Origin: Eubacterium sp.
GTDB lineage: Bacteria > Bacillota > Clostridia > Lachnospirales > Lachnospiraceae
Assembly (NCBI RefSeq): GCF_047245525.1
Contig: NZ_JBKTQL010000005.1
Strand: one strand, 5' to 3'
Length of the DNA: 64,000 bases
Part shown: piece after piece, positions 27,830-37,637 of the stretch
Numbering within the stretch: position 1 is the stretch's first letter
Layout: every line of letters starts with the position of its first letter
Translations under genes and position numbers: made by a program
Notes under the pieces: model-generated
The model's input: only the letters and a program-made list of their open reading frames with translations
Databases searched by the model: none
Told to the model about the DNA's origin: nothing

Positions 27830-29884
27830 TTACATCTCTCCTTCTTCTATTTTTTTGCTAATTACATTCTTAATAAGCTGCACAACCTCTCCTAATGATT
27901 TATCCTTAACCTGAGCTCCTGCCAGATTCATGTGACCACCGCCACCAAACTCTTCCATTATAAGCTGTACATTTACCTTATCAATTGATCTTGCACTTAT
28001 ATATATCTGATCATTGTATGGTGTACATACAAATGATGCTTTCACATTCTTTACATTTAACAATTCATTAGCTGCCTGTGCCCCTACCACTGTAGGCGAT
28101 GAAACATCCTTTGCACTACACACTGAAATTGCATACTCATCCTTGAAAATCTCAGTGTTCTGAATTGCAGTTGCCTTCGCCTTATAGTCATCTAAATTAT
28201 CCCTAAACATTCGACGTACATTTGTAATGTCAGCACCGTTTTTCTTTAAATATGCTGCCGCTTCAAATGTTCTTACTCCTGTTCTGTTAGTGAAATTGTT
28301 AGTATCAATCATAATTCCACCATAAATTGCCTCGGCTTCCATCTTTGTAAGCTTAACTGTTTCTGGAATATACTGAATTATTTCTACAACCATTTCACAT
28401 GTTGATGATGATGATAATTCAATATATGACAGCTGGGCATTGTCAATAACATCCGTTGACTGTCTGTGGTGGTCAAATACCATAACACACTGAGCCCTTC
28501 TTACAAGTTCCGGATGCTCTGTGTATGCGGCCCTTCCACAATCCACTATAATAAGGGCATCGTTTTTGCCTATCTTAAAGGTTGCTTCAGTTCCACTTAC
28601 AAACATATCTTCTTCATACGAATCCTGTTGTTTGAACATTTCCACCAGAGGAACTACACTGCTGCTTACTTCCCCGATAACTATATGTGCCTCTTTACCA
28701 ATAGTTTTGGCCACTTTATAAAAGCCAATTGAAGCTCCAAAGGAATCATTATCTCCAATATGATGTCCCATAATATAAATTGTTTCTTTTGTTTCAATTA
28801 AATCTCTAAATGCCGTAGCTTTAACTCTTGATTTTACCTTTGTGTTCTTAACTACAGATTTAGTTTTTCCGCCATAATAATATATCTTATTACCATCTTT
28901 TAGCACGGCCTGGTCACCGCCACGACCTAATGCCATGTCAATAGCTGTTCCGGCAAGATCGTAACTGTCTATTAAGCCGCTTCCGCTCATACCAATACCT
29001 ATACTGATGGTAATTGGCAATCCGTTTCCTATGTTAACTGTCTTTACTTCATCTAAAACGGAGAACTTGTTTGTCTGCATTTTACTGATATACTTTGTTT
29101 TAAATGCAACGAAATACTTGTCATTTTCCAATTTTTTTACTATTCCATCATACTGGGCAAAATACTTGTTTATCTTTCTGTCAATTAAGGCAACCAGAAC
29201 AGTTCTTCTTGTTTCCTCAATACTTTGAAGAACTTCATCATAATTATCTATATATATATGACCGATAACCAGCTTTTCTTCCTTATTTTCTTTCGTCAAC
29301 CTCTGAACAGTAGTCTCATCAAGCATATACATGGAAATAAGCCCGACATTATTTTCTGTTAATTGTGCAAGGGAACTGTCTTCATTCTTTTTGTTCATCT
29401 TAAATTCCCTCAGTATAACCCTAAATACTTTATCTTCTGTTTTTATCTGAAATTCTTTTTTGCCTTCATCATCAAACTCTAAATATTCCGGTTTAAAATC
29501 ATCGAATACAGCGGATACGATTTTATTTCGGACACTTTTTCCATTGAAAAGTTCATCCATCTTTTCATTAGTCCAAAGAATCTTTCCACTTTCTTCCAAC
29601 AACCCATAAGGTACTTCCATTTCATGCAGCATCTGCCTTTGAACCTGACTGTATTCAGCTCCAAACTCTACAAGAGTCTTCATAATATTAGGCTTAAATT
29701 TTACATAAACTATAAGGCTTGCAACAATATAAATAATTTCCATGGCAGCAATTAATGCTCCCACTTTGACATCAATAGACAATGCAATAATAGCCACAAT
29801 AATCCATAGAATATTAAAATATATTGGCACCTTTATGTACTTTGACAAACTGCCCTTTAGCTTATTTTTACTTTCTTTTCCCAT
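27830..29884 (-). CDS. gdpP: c-di-AMP phosphodiesterase GdpP (PAS-GGDEF-like-DHH-DHHA1)
   Basis: N-terminal TMs, ALGRGGDQA, DHHR, GGGGH; synteny. Confidence 0.9.
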   Translation of the reverse strand: MGKESKNKLKGSLSKYIKVPIYFNILWIIVAIIALSIDVKVGALIAAMEIIYIVASLIVYVKFKPNIMKTLVEFGAEYSQVQRQMLHEMEVPYGLLEESGKILWTNEKMDELFNGKSVRNKIVSAVFDDFKPEYLEFDDEGKKEFQIKTEDKVFRVILREFKMNKKNEDSSLAQLTENNVGLISMYMLDETTVQRLTKENKEEKLVIGHIYIDNYDEVLQSIEETRRTVLVALIDRKINKYFAQYDGIVKKLENDKYFVAFKTKYISKMQTNKFSVLDEVKTVNIGNGLPITISIGIGMSGSGLIDSYDLAGTAIDMALGRGGDQAVLKDGNKIYYYGGKTKSVVKNTKVKSRVKATAFRDLIETKETIYIMGHHIGDNDSFGASIGFYKVAKTIGKEAHIVIGEVSSSVVPLVEMFKQQDSYEEDMFVSGTEATFKIGKNDALIIVDCGRAAYTEHPELVRRAQCVMVFDHHRQSTDVIDNAQLSYIELSSSSTCEMVVEIIQYIPETVKLTKMEAEAIYGGIMIDTNNFTNRTGVRTFEAAAYLKKNGADITNVRRMFRDNLDDYKAKATAIQNTEIFKDEYAISVCSAKDVSSPTVVGAQAANELLNVKNVKASFVCTPYNDQIYISARSIDKVNVQLIMEEFGGGGHMNLAGAQVKDKSLGEVVQLIKNVISKKIEEGEM

Positions 29885-30114
29885 ATGTTTCTCCGTTTCC
29901 CTATGTTTTTATGACAATTTCGTTTTTCATACTTTAAGGCACAAAAGCCTAGTTTGCTTTAGTATACCACATTTTTCTATAATGGTGAAGAGCCATGCTT
30001 TCATTACTACTTTCAACACTGGAAACTATTATTACAAATTTATTTTATTTTGCTTTACAGTCCCGGCAATATGATTTACAATCTATACTACGCCAATCAA
30101 AAGGAGGATTTTCT

Positions 30115-30381
30115 ATGTTTAGAGTTTGGGGAAGAACTTTTAAGAGCAATAAGATGTTGCAAAGCACCACTATAGAATTGGAGATTAATGATACCAGAAC
30201 TCATAAGATATTCAAAGCTCTGGAAATGATTTGCGACGAATTTGACCTGAGCAATCCTATCTGGCTCGATACTAACATTAACGAATTTAAGCGCATATCA
30301 CGAACCCGTTTCTATTCCGACAGTTTCGTGGAATCAATAGATTTTGACTACTTAGATTTCTATGTAATCGAAGAAGACTAA
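30115..30381 (+). CDS. Conserved small hypothetical protein
   Basis: AGGAGG RBS before MFRVWG; DTRTHKIF..L..IC.EFDL..PIWL. Confidence 0.75.
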   Translation: MFRVWGRTFKSNKMLQSTTIELEINDTRTHKIFKALEMICDEFDLSNPIWLDTNINEFKRISRTRFYSDSFVESIDFDYLDFYVIEED

Positions 30382-30402
30382 ATTAAATATTTTTAAACTA
30401 AC

Positions 30403-30435
30403 AATACCTGCATTGGACAAGCCAATGCAGGTATT
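30403..30435. terminator. Intrinsic terminator between convergent genes
   Basis: AATACCTGCATTGG-ACAAG-CCAATGCAGGTATT. Confidence 0.8.
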
Positions 30436-30454
30436 TTATTTAAATGTTAATTAT

Positions 30455-31804
30455 TTACTGTAATCTGCTGTTAAGTTCAGCTGTCATATCTTCATATCCC
30501 GGTTTTCCAAGAAGTGCAAACATGTTCTTCTTGTAGCTTTCTACACCAGGCTGATTAAATGGATTAACTCCAAGAATGTATCCACTTACACCACATGCAA
30601 ATTCATACATATAGAATAATTCACCAAGATAGAATTCGTTCTGCTTTGGAACGCTAACTAAAAGGTTTGGAACATTTCCATCTGTATGTGCAAGAATTGT
30701 ACCATTCATGGCACTCTTGTTTACAAAATCCATATCCTTACCAGCAAGATAGTTAAGTCCGTCTAAATCTTCAGGATCCTTATCAATTATAATCTTTGCA
30801 TCTGTTTCTTCAATCTTAATTACTGTTTCAAACATAATTCTTGAACCGTCCTGAATGAACTGTCCCATAGAATGAAGGTCTGTTGTAAGATCTACTGCTG
30901 CAGGGAAAATACCCTTCTGGTCTTTTCCTTCGCTTTCACCGTAAAGCTGTTTCCACCATTCACCAAAGTAATGAAGACTTGGTTCATAGTTAGCTGTAAT
31001 TTCAACGCTCTTTCCTTTTCTTAATAAGATATTTCTAATTGCTGCATACTTAATTGCATCATTTTCTTCAAATGCATTATTAAGAGCCTTTTCCCTTCCG
31101 CTTGCTGCACCTTCCATAAGTTTGTCAATGTCAGCGCCACTTACTGCAATTGGAAGAAGTCCTACTGCTGTAAGAACTGAGAAACGTCCACCTACATCAT
31201 CAGGAACTACGAAGCTTTCGTATCCTTCTGCTGTAGCAAGTCCCTTAAGGGCTCCCTTTGACTTATCTGTTGTTGCATATATTCTCTTTGCAGCTTCTTC
31301 TTTTCCATATTTCTTTTCAAGCATTTCCTTAAATATTCTGAATGCAATGGCAGGTTCTGTTGTAGTACCTGACTTTGAAATAATATTTACTGAAAAATCC
31401 CTGTCTCCAACGACGTCAATTAAACCTTGAAGGTATGCAGGGCTAATGCTGTTTCCTGCATAATAAATTTCAGGAGTTTTTCTAATTTCCTTTGACACGT
31501 TGTTATAGAACCCATGTCTTAAGAAATCAATAGCTGCTCTTGCTCCTAAGTAAGATCCACCAATACCGATTACAATAAGTACTTCTGAATCTTCCTGTAT
31601 TTTCTTTGCTGCTTTCTTTATTCTGTCAAATTCTTCTTTGTCATAGTTTACCGGCAAATCAATCCATCCAAGAAAATCATTTCCTGCCCCTGTTTTGTCA
31701 ACCAAAACTTTTTTTGCATCTTCTGCAATTTTCTTCATGCTTTCAACTTCTTCATTTGAAATGAAAGAAGTAGCTTTTGAATAATCAAATGTTACCTTAG
31801 ACAT
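30455..31804 (-). CDS. pgi: Glucose-6-phosphate isomerase
   Basis: [34 protein letters not shown]. Confidence 0.97.
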   Translation of the reverse strand: MSKVTFDYSKATSFISNEEVESMKKIAEDAKKVLVDKTGAGNDFLGWIDLPVNYDKEEFDRIKKAAKKIQEDSEVLIVIGIGGSYLGARAAIDFLRHGFYNNVSKEIRKTPEIYYAGNSISPAYLQGLIDVVGDRDFSVNIISKSGTTTEPAIAFRIFKEMLEKKYGKEEAAKRIYATTDKSKGALKGLATAEGYESFVVPDDVGGRFSVLTAVGLLPIAVSGADIDKLMEGAASGREKALNNAFEENDAIKYAAIRNILLRKGKSVEITANYEPSLHYFGEWWKQLYGESEGKDQKGIFPAAVDLTTDLHSMGQFIQDGSRIMFETVIKIEETDAKIIIDKDPEDLDGLNYLAGKDMDFVNKSAMNGTILAHTDGNVPNLLVSVPKQNEFYLGELFYMYEFACGVSGYILGVNPFNQPGVESYKKNMFALLGKPGYEDMTAELNSRLQ

Positions 31805-31916
31805 AGCTTTCTCCTCCGTTTTTTCTCAAAACTACCCTATATTATATGTTTTTGAAATGATTTAATCAACCCCTTATTCTACTGTTTTTTACAATTCTTT
31901 CGTACTTTTTCAGACT

Positions 31917-32600
31917 TTATTGCAAAAATTCCCCAATAACCTGATTAAGAACCTGCTCCTCTTCCAGTTCCTCCTGAGTCTTCTCCTGCACCGTAATATC
32001 TTCATTATCAGGAGAATCCATAGAAGTACTCTCTTCTTTTCTTACTCTATCTTCCCCATTAACAAGTGAATCTGACACCACATATACAAGCTCCATCTTC
32101 TTTTCCGCCGTCGGCATTGTACGGTTAATCATATCTAATGTTATTCCTAAAAAACATCCCATGAATAAACAGGTTATCCAATCCATTTTTGTTGGTACTT
32201 CGTCGTACAATTGATACGCCACTATGGCAGAAATACCAACAATTAAAACACTACAATAGTTAATAATATTCCCCAATTTGTTTAATGATATGTGCATTAC
32301 TTTACATTTATTTATGTGACGCTGTACAAACAGAATTGGATTTTCCATTTTTCCACTGACATTCATAATGCTGTCATATTTTATTTTTATCTGTCTTATA
32401 GTTGCATTTTTAGTGTGATTTATATTTTCTGCCCGCCGTATCAGTTTTGCATAATTTCTCATAACCAGCCATTTTGTGACAACTCCCAGCAAAAAAATAC
32501 TTCCCGCTATTAGCAGGAAGTTCTTTTCATTTATAAACTTTGGCACTGTTTTCTCCAAAATATTATTCAATTCACTTATGTAATAATTCATCATATTCAT
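31917..32600 (-). CDS. Hypothetical membrane protein
   Basis: Long ORF with about 3 hydrophobic segments and an acidic tail; start uncertain. Confidence 0.65.
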   Translation of the reverse strand: MNMMNYYISELNNILEKTVPKFINEKNFLLIAGSIFLLGVVTKWLVMRNYAKLIRRAENINHTKNATIRQIKIKYDSIMNVSGKMENPILFVQRHINKCKVMHISLNKLGNIINYCSVLIVGISAIVAYQLYDEVPTKMDWITCLFMGCFLGITLDMINRTMPTAEKKMELVYVVSDSLVNGEDRVRKEESTSMDSPDNEDITVQEKTQEELEEEQVLNQVIGEFLQ

Positions 32601-32703
32601 TTCCCCACTTTCATTTTTGATATTATAATAACACTTTCTGTTATGCATTATCATAATAACACACAGTAATTAATATATCATTAGAAATCGTTCGTCAAAT
32701 TCT

Positions 32704-33396
32704 CTAATAATTTTTAATTATCTGCTTCATAAGGCTGATTGAATTCTTTGCCGCCTTCTTTTCAAAAGTCGGATAATCCATTTCTGCCCCTCCGTCTGCC
32801 TTATCGGAAATTGCGCGTATAACTATAAACGGCACACCATTTAAACTGGCTGTATGTGCAATTGCTGCACCTTCCATTTCAGCACAGTCTCCCGCAAATT
32901 CTTTTTTGAGGAAATTCTTTGCCTCTTCAGTTCCAATAAACTGATCCCCTGACAAAACCTTACCCTCAAAAACATTTATCTCAAGTCCTGCATCTTTTAC
33001 ACTTTTCTTTGCCAGGTCAATTAACTTAGAATCAGCCTCGAATACTGATTTTTCCATATCCGGAATAATTCCCCTGTCATATCCTAATGCAGTTACATCC
33101 ATATCATGTTGCTGGGCTTTCGTTGATACCACAATATCACAAATATCAATATCATTGTTTAAAGAACCGGCAACTCCCGTATTAACTACTGCATCTACAT
33201 CAAAATCATCTATAAGAATCTGGGTACATATAGCGGCATTCACCTTGCCAATTCCACTTTTTACAACTACAACATCTTTACCTTCAATTTTTCCACAGCA
33301 AAATGTCATACCTGCTTTTGTTTCTTTTTTTGAAATTTCCATGGCATCAATTAATGCAGCCACTTCAATTTCCATTGCGCCTATAATTCCAAGCAT
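32704..33396 (-). CDS. mtnN: 5'-methylthioadenosine/S-adenosylhomocysteine nucleosidase
   Basis: GIIGAM..E, SGIGKVNAA, EMEGAA, IRAISD. Confidence 0.95.
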   Translation of the reverse strand: MLGIIGAMEIEVAALIDAMEISKKETKAGMTFCCGKIEGKDVVVVKSGIGKVNAAICTQILIDDFDVDAVVNTGVAGSLNNDIDICDIVVSTKAQQHDMDVTALGYDRGIIPDMEKSVFEADSKLIDLAKKSVKDAGLEINVFEGKVLSGDQFIGTEEAKNFLKKEFAGDCAEMEGAAIAHTASLNGVPFIVIRAISDKADGGAEMDYPTFEKKAAKNSISLMKQIIKNY

Positions 33397-33418
33397 ATAT
33401 TTCTCCTATTGGCTTAAA

Positions 33419-33664
33419 TTACTGCTGTTCTAAATACTGTTCCAATGCAATTGCCAGCTGGTCCGGACACGAAGTTCCTCTTCCGTTACAATCAATTCCC
33501 TTAAGTCTTTTAATTACTTCGTGGATGTCCATACCTTCCACCAACGCTGCCACACCCTGAGTGTTTCCATTACATCCTAAAACAAACTGTACATTCGTTA
33601 CTTTGTTGTCTTCCACGTCAAATTTTATTAATCTTGAGCATGTTCCTCTTGTTTTATATTCCAT
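33419..33664 (-). CDS. TSCPD-domain protein (TIGR03905-like)
   Basis: GTCS, GCNGN and TSCPDQLA motifs. Confidence 0.85.
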   Translation of the reverse strand: MEYKTRGTCSRLIKFDVEDNKVTNVQFVLGCNGNTQGVAALVEGMDIHEVIKRLKGIDCNGRGTSCPDQLAIALEQYLEQQ

Positions 33665-33702
33665 TTTCTATTCCTCCTAATTCTTATATAGTCGGTAATA
33701 TT

Positions 33703-34446
33703 TTATTCATCTAATTTCTTTTCGTATATATCAGCCACTTCATCAATGTCGCCATGGGCAATCAGTTGTCCGTGTTCCAGAAGAATGGCTTTATTGCAAA
33801 GTCTCTTTACCTGTGCCAGACTGTGGGATACGAAAAGAACCGTAACTCCATGGTCAAACATCTTCTGCATTTTCTTCTCACATTTCTTTCTAAACTTAGC
33901 ATCACCAACAGACAATACTTCGTCCAGAATAAGAATTTCAGGTTCAACAACCGTAGCAATGGAAAATCCAAGTCTTGACTTCATACCTGAAGAGTAGTTT
34001 TTAATAGGTACATCAATAAAATCTCCAAGTTCAGAAAACTCCAGAATTTCCTCATATTTTTCCTCAAGGAAACTTCTTGAAAATCCCAAAACAGAACCAT
34101 AAAGGAAGATATTTTCTCTTCCTGTGTAGTTTGGATCGAAGCCTGCACCAAGTTCAATCATTGGTGCAATATGTCCATTTCTTGTAACCTTTCCCGTGGT
34201 TGGCTTGTAAACACCTGCAATTACCTTAAGAAGCGTACTCTTTCCTGCTCCGTTAAGTCCTAAAATACCAAGTCTGTCACCTTTTTTTAATTCAAAATTA
34301 ATATTTTTAAGAGCCCAAAATTCATTAAAACGAATTTTCTCACCCTTTATTTTTTTTATAATTAATTCCTTTAAATTGTCTACTTTTTCTTTACTTAAGT
34401 TAAAGCGGATGCTTATATTCTCCACCTTAAGTGCAACATTTCCCAT
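33703..34446 (-). CDS. Teichoic acid/polysaccharide ABC exporter ATPase (TagH/Wzt-like)
   Basis: GLNGAGKST, YSSGM, ILDEVL.VGD. Confidence 0.9.
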   Translation of the reverse strand: MGNVALKVENISIRFNLSKEKVDNLKELIIKKIKGEKIRFNEFWALKNINFELKKGDRLGILGLNGAGKSTLLKVIAGVYKPTTGKVTRNGHIAPMIELGAGFDPNYTGRENIFLYGSVLGFSRSFLEEKYEEILEFSELGDFIDVPIKNYSSGMKSRLGFSIATVVEPEILILDEVLSVGDAKFRKKCEKKMQKMFDHGVTVLFVSHSLAQVKRLCNKAILLEHGQLIAHGDIDEVADIYEKKLDE

Positions 34447-34456
34447 TATAGGCCTC

Positions 34457-35260
34457 CTATATGTGTAGGATGAACTTATCCTGATTCTTCTTAAACATTA
34501 CGACTCCAACAACAAGTGCCACGCAACTAAATACTAATGAATAAATCATCATATTCAAATTAGAAATACCATAACTTGTTGATGTAAATATTGAACCCTG
34601 TTCCATCAATACGCAACGGAAGTTACTTATAAGACAATACAGCGGATTGAATTTAAGTATCTGTTTTGTCTGTTCCCCAATTGAGTCAATATGATAAAAG
34701 ATTGCTGAACAATACATAATAAGCATAAGTATTACTTCCCACAGATACTCTAAATCCCTAAAGAATACACATACCGTGGATAAAATAAGACCTGCTGCCA
34801 CGCATAAAATAAATAATATTACAAGTGGTATGATTGCTTCTATAACATGCCATGTAAAGTGAACCCCTAATACAATTGATACCAATGCCAATACAATCAG
34901 TGATAATAAGAATAAAACGTAATTATATATTATACTGGACAATGGATAGAGATATTTAGGTACATACACCTTCTTAATCATTGCCTGATTGGATCTTATT
35001 GAACGCATGGCAATTTTGCTTGTGCTTGAGAAACAACTGTACAGCAGTCTACCACACAAAATATATACCGGATATAAAGCATCGCCACGTCCCAGCAAAT
35101 TTCCAAATACAAATGTTAATACCATTGTTGTAAGTAATGGTTCCAATAAAGTCCATACCAAACCTAAATATGATCTTCTATATTTTAGTTTAATTCCCTT
35201 AATTACTAATTCTTTTAAGAGAAATCTATATCGCATGAAGCTTTCAATATATTTCTTCAT
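34457..35260 (-). CDS. ABC-2 exporter permease (TagG/Wzm-like)
   Basis: KYRRSYLG..W..LEP, FRDL, NPL motifs. Confidence 0.9.
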   Translation of the reverse strand: MKKYIESFMRYRFLLKELVIKGIKLKYRRSYLGLVWTLLEPLLTTMVLTFVFGNLLGRGDALYPVYILCGRLLYSCFSSTSKIAMRSIRSNQAMIKKVYVPKYLYPLSSIIYNYVLFLLSLIVLALVSIVLGVHFTWHVIEAIIPLVILFILCVAAGLILSTVCVFFRDLEYLWEVILMLIMYCSAIFYHIDSIGEQTKQILKFNPLYCLISNFRCVLMEQGSIFTSTSYGISNLNMMIYSLVFSCVALVVGVVMFKKNQDKFILHI

Positions 35261-35360
35261 ATTACCTCCAATTTCTTTAGTAATACACGCACTTATTATA
35301 TATTATTATCTATTATTGTCAAATTTTTTATTACAAAGTACTCCTGAACCGGCAGTTTCT

Positions 35361-37586
35361 CTATTTAAAAACTTTTTCGCAAACTCTCTTTGCCGCATTT
35401 CCGTCATCTACATGACAGAATCGGTTATAGAATGTTTCATATTTTGAATTGTAGTTTCTCTTTATTTCGTCAATATTCTTAAGTGCATCCACTACTTCAT
35501 CATTTGTCGTAAGTATCGGCCCCGGCAAATCCTTATTAATATCCAGATAGAATCCTCTAAGGACATCCCTGTACTTCTCCAAATCATACATATAGAAAAG
35601 TATCGGTCTTCTAAGATTAGCATAGTCGAAAAATACCGAAGAATAATCCGTCATACAAATATCTGATATTAAATAAATGTCTGTTATGTCGCTGTATTTA
35701 CTTACATTAATAACAAAATCCTCAAGACCATTTAAATCAAGCTGATCTACAACCCAGTAATGCATTCTTAAAAGAATAACATACTCATCTCCAAATTCTT
35801 TATGAAGTCTGTTAAGATCAAGGGCAAGTTCAAACTTGTATTCCCCTGCTCCGTACATATTATCATCACGCCATGTCGGTGCATATAAAAGAACCTTCTT
35901 ATCTAGAGGAACTCCGATTTTTCTCTTTAATTCCGCAGCCTTCACATCAAGATTTTTGTCATACATTGGGTCATTTGCGGGATAACCCAGTTCCAATATT
36001 TTTTCTTTATCAAACATAAAACAGCTCTGGAAAACTTCCGTTGAAAATCCATTGTCTGATAATAAATAATCCCATTTTCTTGACTGTTTATACACAATCT
36101 GTTTATATTTCGGATTTGCTGAATGTACGTCATCCATATCAAATACCAGTCTCTTAAGCGGTGTTCCATGCCATGTTTCAAGCATTATCTGACTGTCCCT
36201 TTTAGGAAATGCATAAGGCTGTCTCATGTTGTTTACCCAGTATTTAGACCTTGTCATATAATAATAGTACTTAAGTCCAAATCGTTTAACCTTTGTGTGC
36301 TTTCCATCGATTTCCAGTTTTTTGTCGTTTACAATCCAAATATACTTATATTTTTTCCCGTAATTCTTTTGAAGATACTGATAAATATACTTTGGCTGTC
36401 CTGAATAATTTCGTCCTACAAAACTTTCGAAAATAATCCAATTGTCCTTTTGTTTCATTTTACTGAAAATGTAAACATTAAGTGTTCTGTATAAATGTTT
36501 TCTGCTTGAAAACATAACAATAATCTTATTTTTTATAAGTCGGATATTAGACCATTTCTTTATTTTCTCTTTATCTGCAGCTGCTCCTGCTTTTATTATT
36601 TTCTTTTCAAATACCCCCAGGCCCTTAAATGAACTTTTATCAAATTCCTTAAGTGCTTCAGAAAATATTTTTATTTTTTCATCTGTAACCTGATCTTTTT
36701 TGTCATGAAATCTTCTGCTGAAATCATCAATATAAAATTTGGCAAAAATTTTTGCCAGAGCATCTTTAATTTCAAATGTAACTTTTTTCTCCCGGCATAT
36801 CCTGAAAGCATCAATATACGCTTTTGCCATAAGGTCATCTCTGTTTTCATCCTCTAACTTGTCTATTGATGGAAGATTGATTTCATCGTTGTGATATCTT
36901 TTTACATAAATACTGTCTTTACAATAACTGTACTGTCCATCCTTTGCAAAAACATTTACAAGAAATGTTACATCTCCGTAAAGCTTCTGTTCTTCATCAA
37001 ATCTTATTTTGCTCTTATTTAGAAAATCCCTGTTATATAGCGTTCCAAGACATGTAACTTCCTCTATTCTGTTACACTTTGCGAATTTGTAATCTACCGC
37101 GTCCGCAAACTTTTCAGGATTTTCCTCAATTAGCTTCTCATCTTCATCAACATTTCCCTGTTCAATGTTAAATGCCACCCTCATAAACCATGTATGAAAA
37201 ATTCTTCCATATACAAACTTTATTTCATTCTTTGACAATTTAAGTCCATCAGGTGGTGTATCCACCGCCTCTAAAAGATTTGTAAATGTATCTTCCATAA
37301 CATAATCGTCACTGTCAAGAAAATACACATACTCACCTTTTGCGTTTTCAATCCCAAGATTTCTTGCCGCACTAACTCCTGTTTTATTTTTTAACTCAAA
37401 GACCTTTACATTAATATCATCCAAATACTCAGAAATCAGTTCATCAATATTTTCAGAACTGTCCAGTGCTTTCATATCTTTAACTATAATAGTTTCAATA
37501 TCTTTATATTTTTGATTTCGAATACTATCCAGACAGTCCTTTAAATAATTCCTTCCTTTGTGAAAGGCAATAATAATACTAATCAT
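35361..37586 (-). CDS. Bifunctional GT2 / CDP-glycerol glycerophosphotransferase (TagF-like)
   Basis: GVSAARN.G, FLDSDD; WHGTPLK, GYP.ND, YAPTWR, TDYSS. Confidence 0.9.
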   Translation of the reverse strand: MISIIIAFHKGRNYLKDCLDSIRNQKYKDIETIIVKDMKALDSSENIDELISEYLDDINVKVFELKNKTGVSAARNLGIENAKGEYVYFLDSDDYVMEDTFTNLLEAVDTPPDGLKLSKNEIKFVYGRIFHTWFMRVAFNIEQGNVDEDEKLIEENPEKFADAVDYKFAKCNRIEEVTCLGTLYNRDFLNKSKIRFDEEQKLYGDVTFLVNVFAKDGQYSYCKDSIYVKRYHNDEINLPSIDKLEDENRDDLMAKAYIDAFRICREKKVTFEIKDALAKIFAKFYIDDFSRRFHDKKDQVTDEKIKIFSEALKEFDKSSFKGLGVFEKKIIKAGAAADKEKIKKWSNIRLIKNKIIVMFSSRKHLYRTLNVYIFSKMKQKDNWIIFESFVGRNYSGQPKYIYQYLQKNYGKKYKYIWIVNDKKLEIDGKHTKVKRFGLKYYYYMTRSKYWVNNMRQPYAFPKRDSQIMLETWHGTPLKRLVFDMDDVHSANPKYKQIVYKQSRKWDYLLSDNGFSTEVFQSCFMFDKEKILELGYPANDPMYDKNLDVKAAELKRKIGVPLDKKVLLYAPTWRDDNMYGAGEYKFELALDLNRLHKEFGDEYVILLRMHYWVVDQLDLNGLEDFVINVSKYSDITDIYLISDICMTDYSSVFFDYANLRRPILFYMYDLEKYRDVLRGFYLDINKDLPGPILTTNDEVVDALKNIDEIKRNYNSKYETFYNRFCHVDDGNAAKRVCEKVFK

Positions 37587-37637
37587 TAAATTCTCCTTGT
37601 CTGTAAACTTCTTAAGAAGTCAATGCATGTCTCTAAT

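Noticed and set aside
23822..32697. Spo0A boxes (TGNCGAA) at 23822, 25735 and 32691
   Set aside because: A 6-of-7 specified motif occurs many times by chance in 64 kb; not supportable without conservation data.
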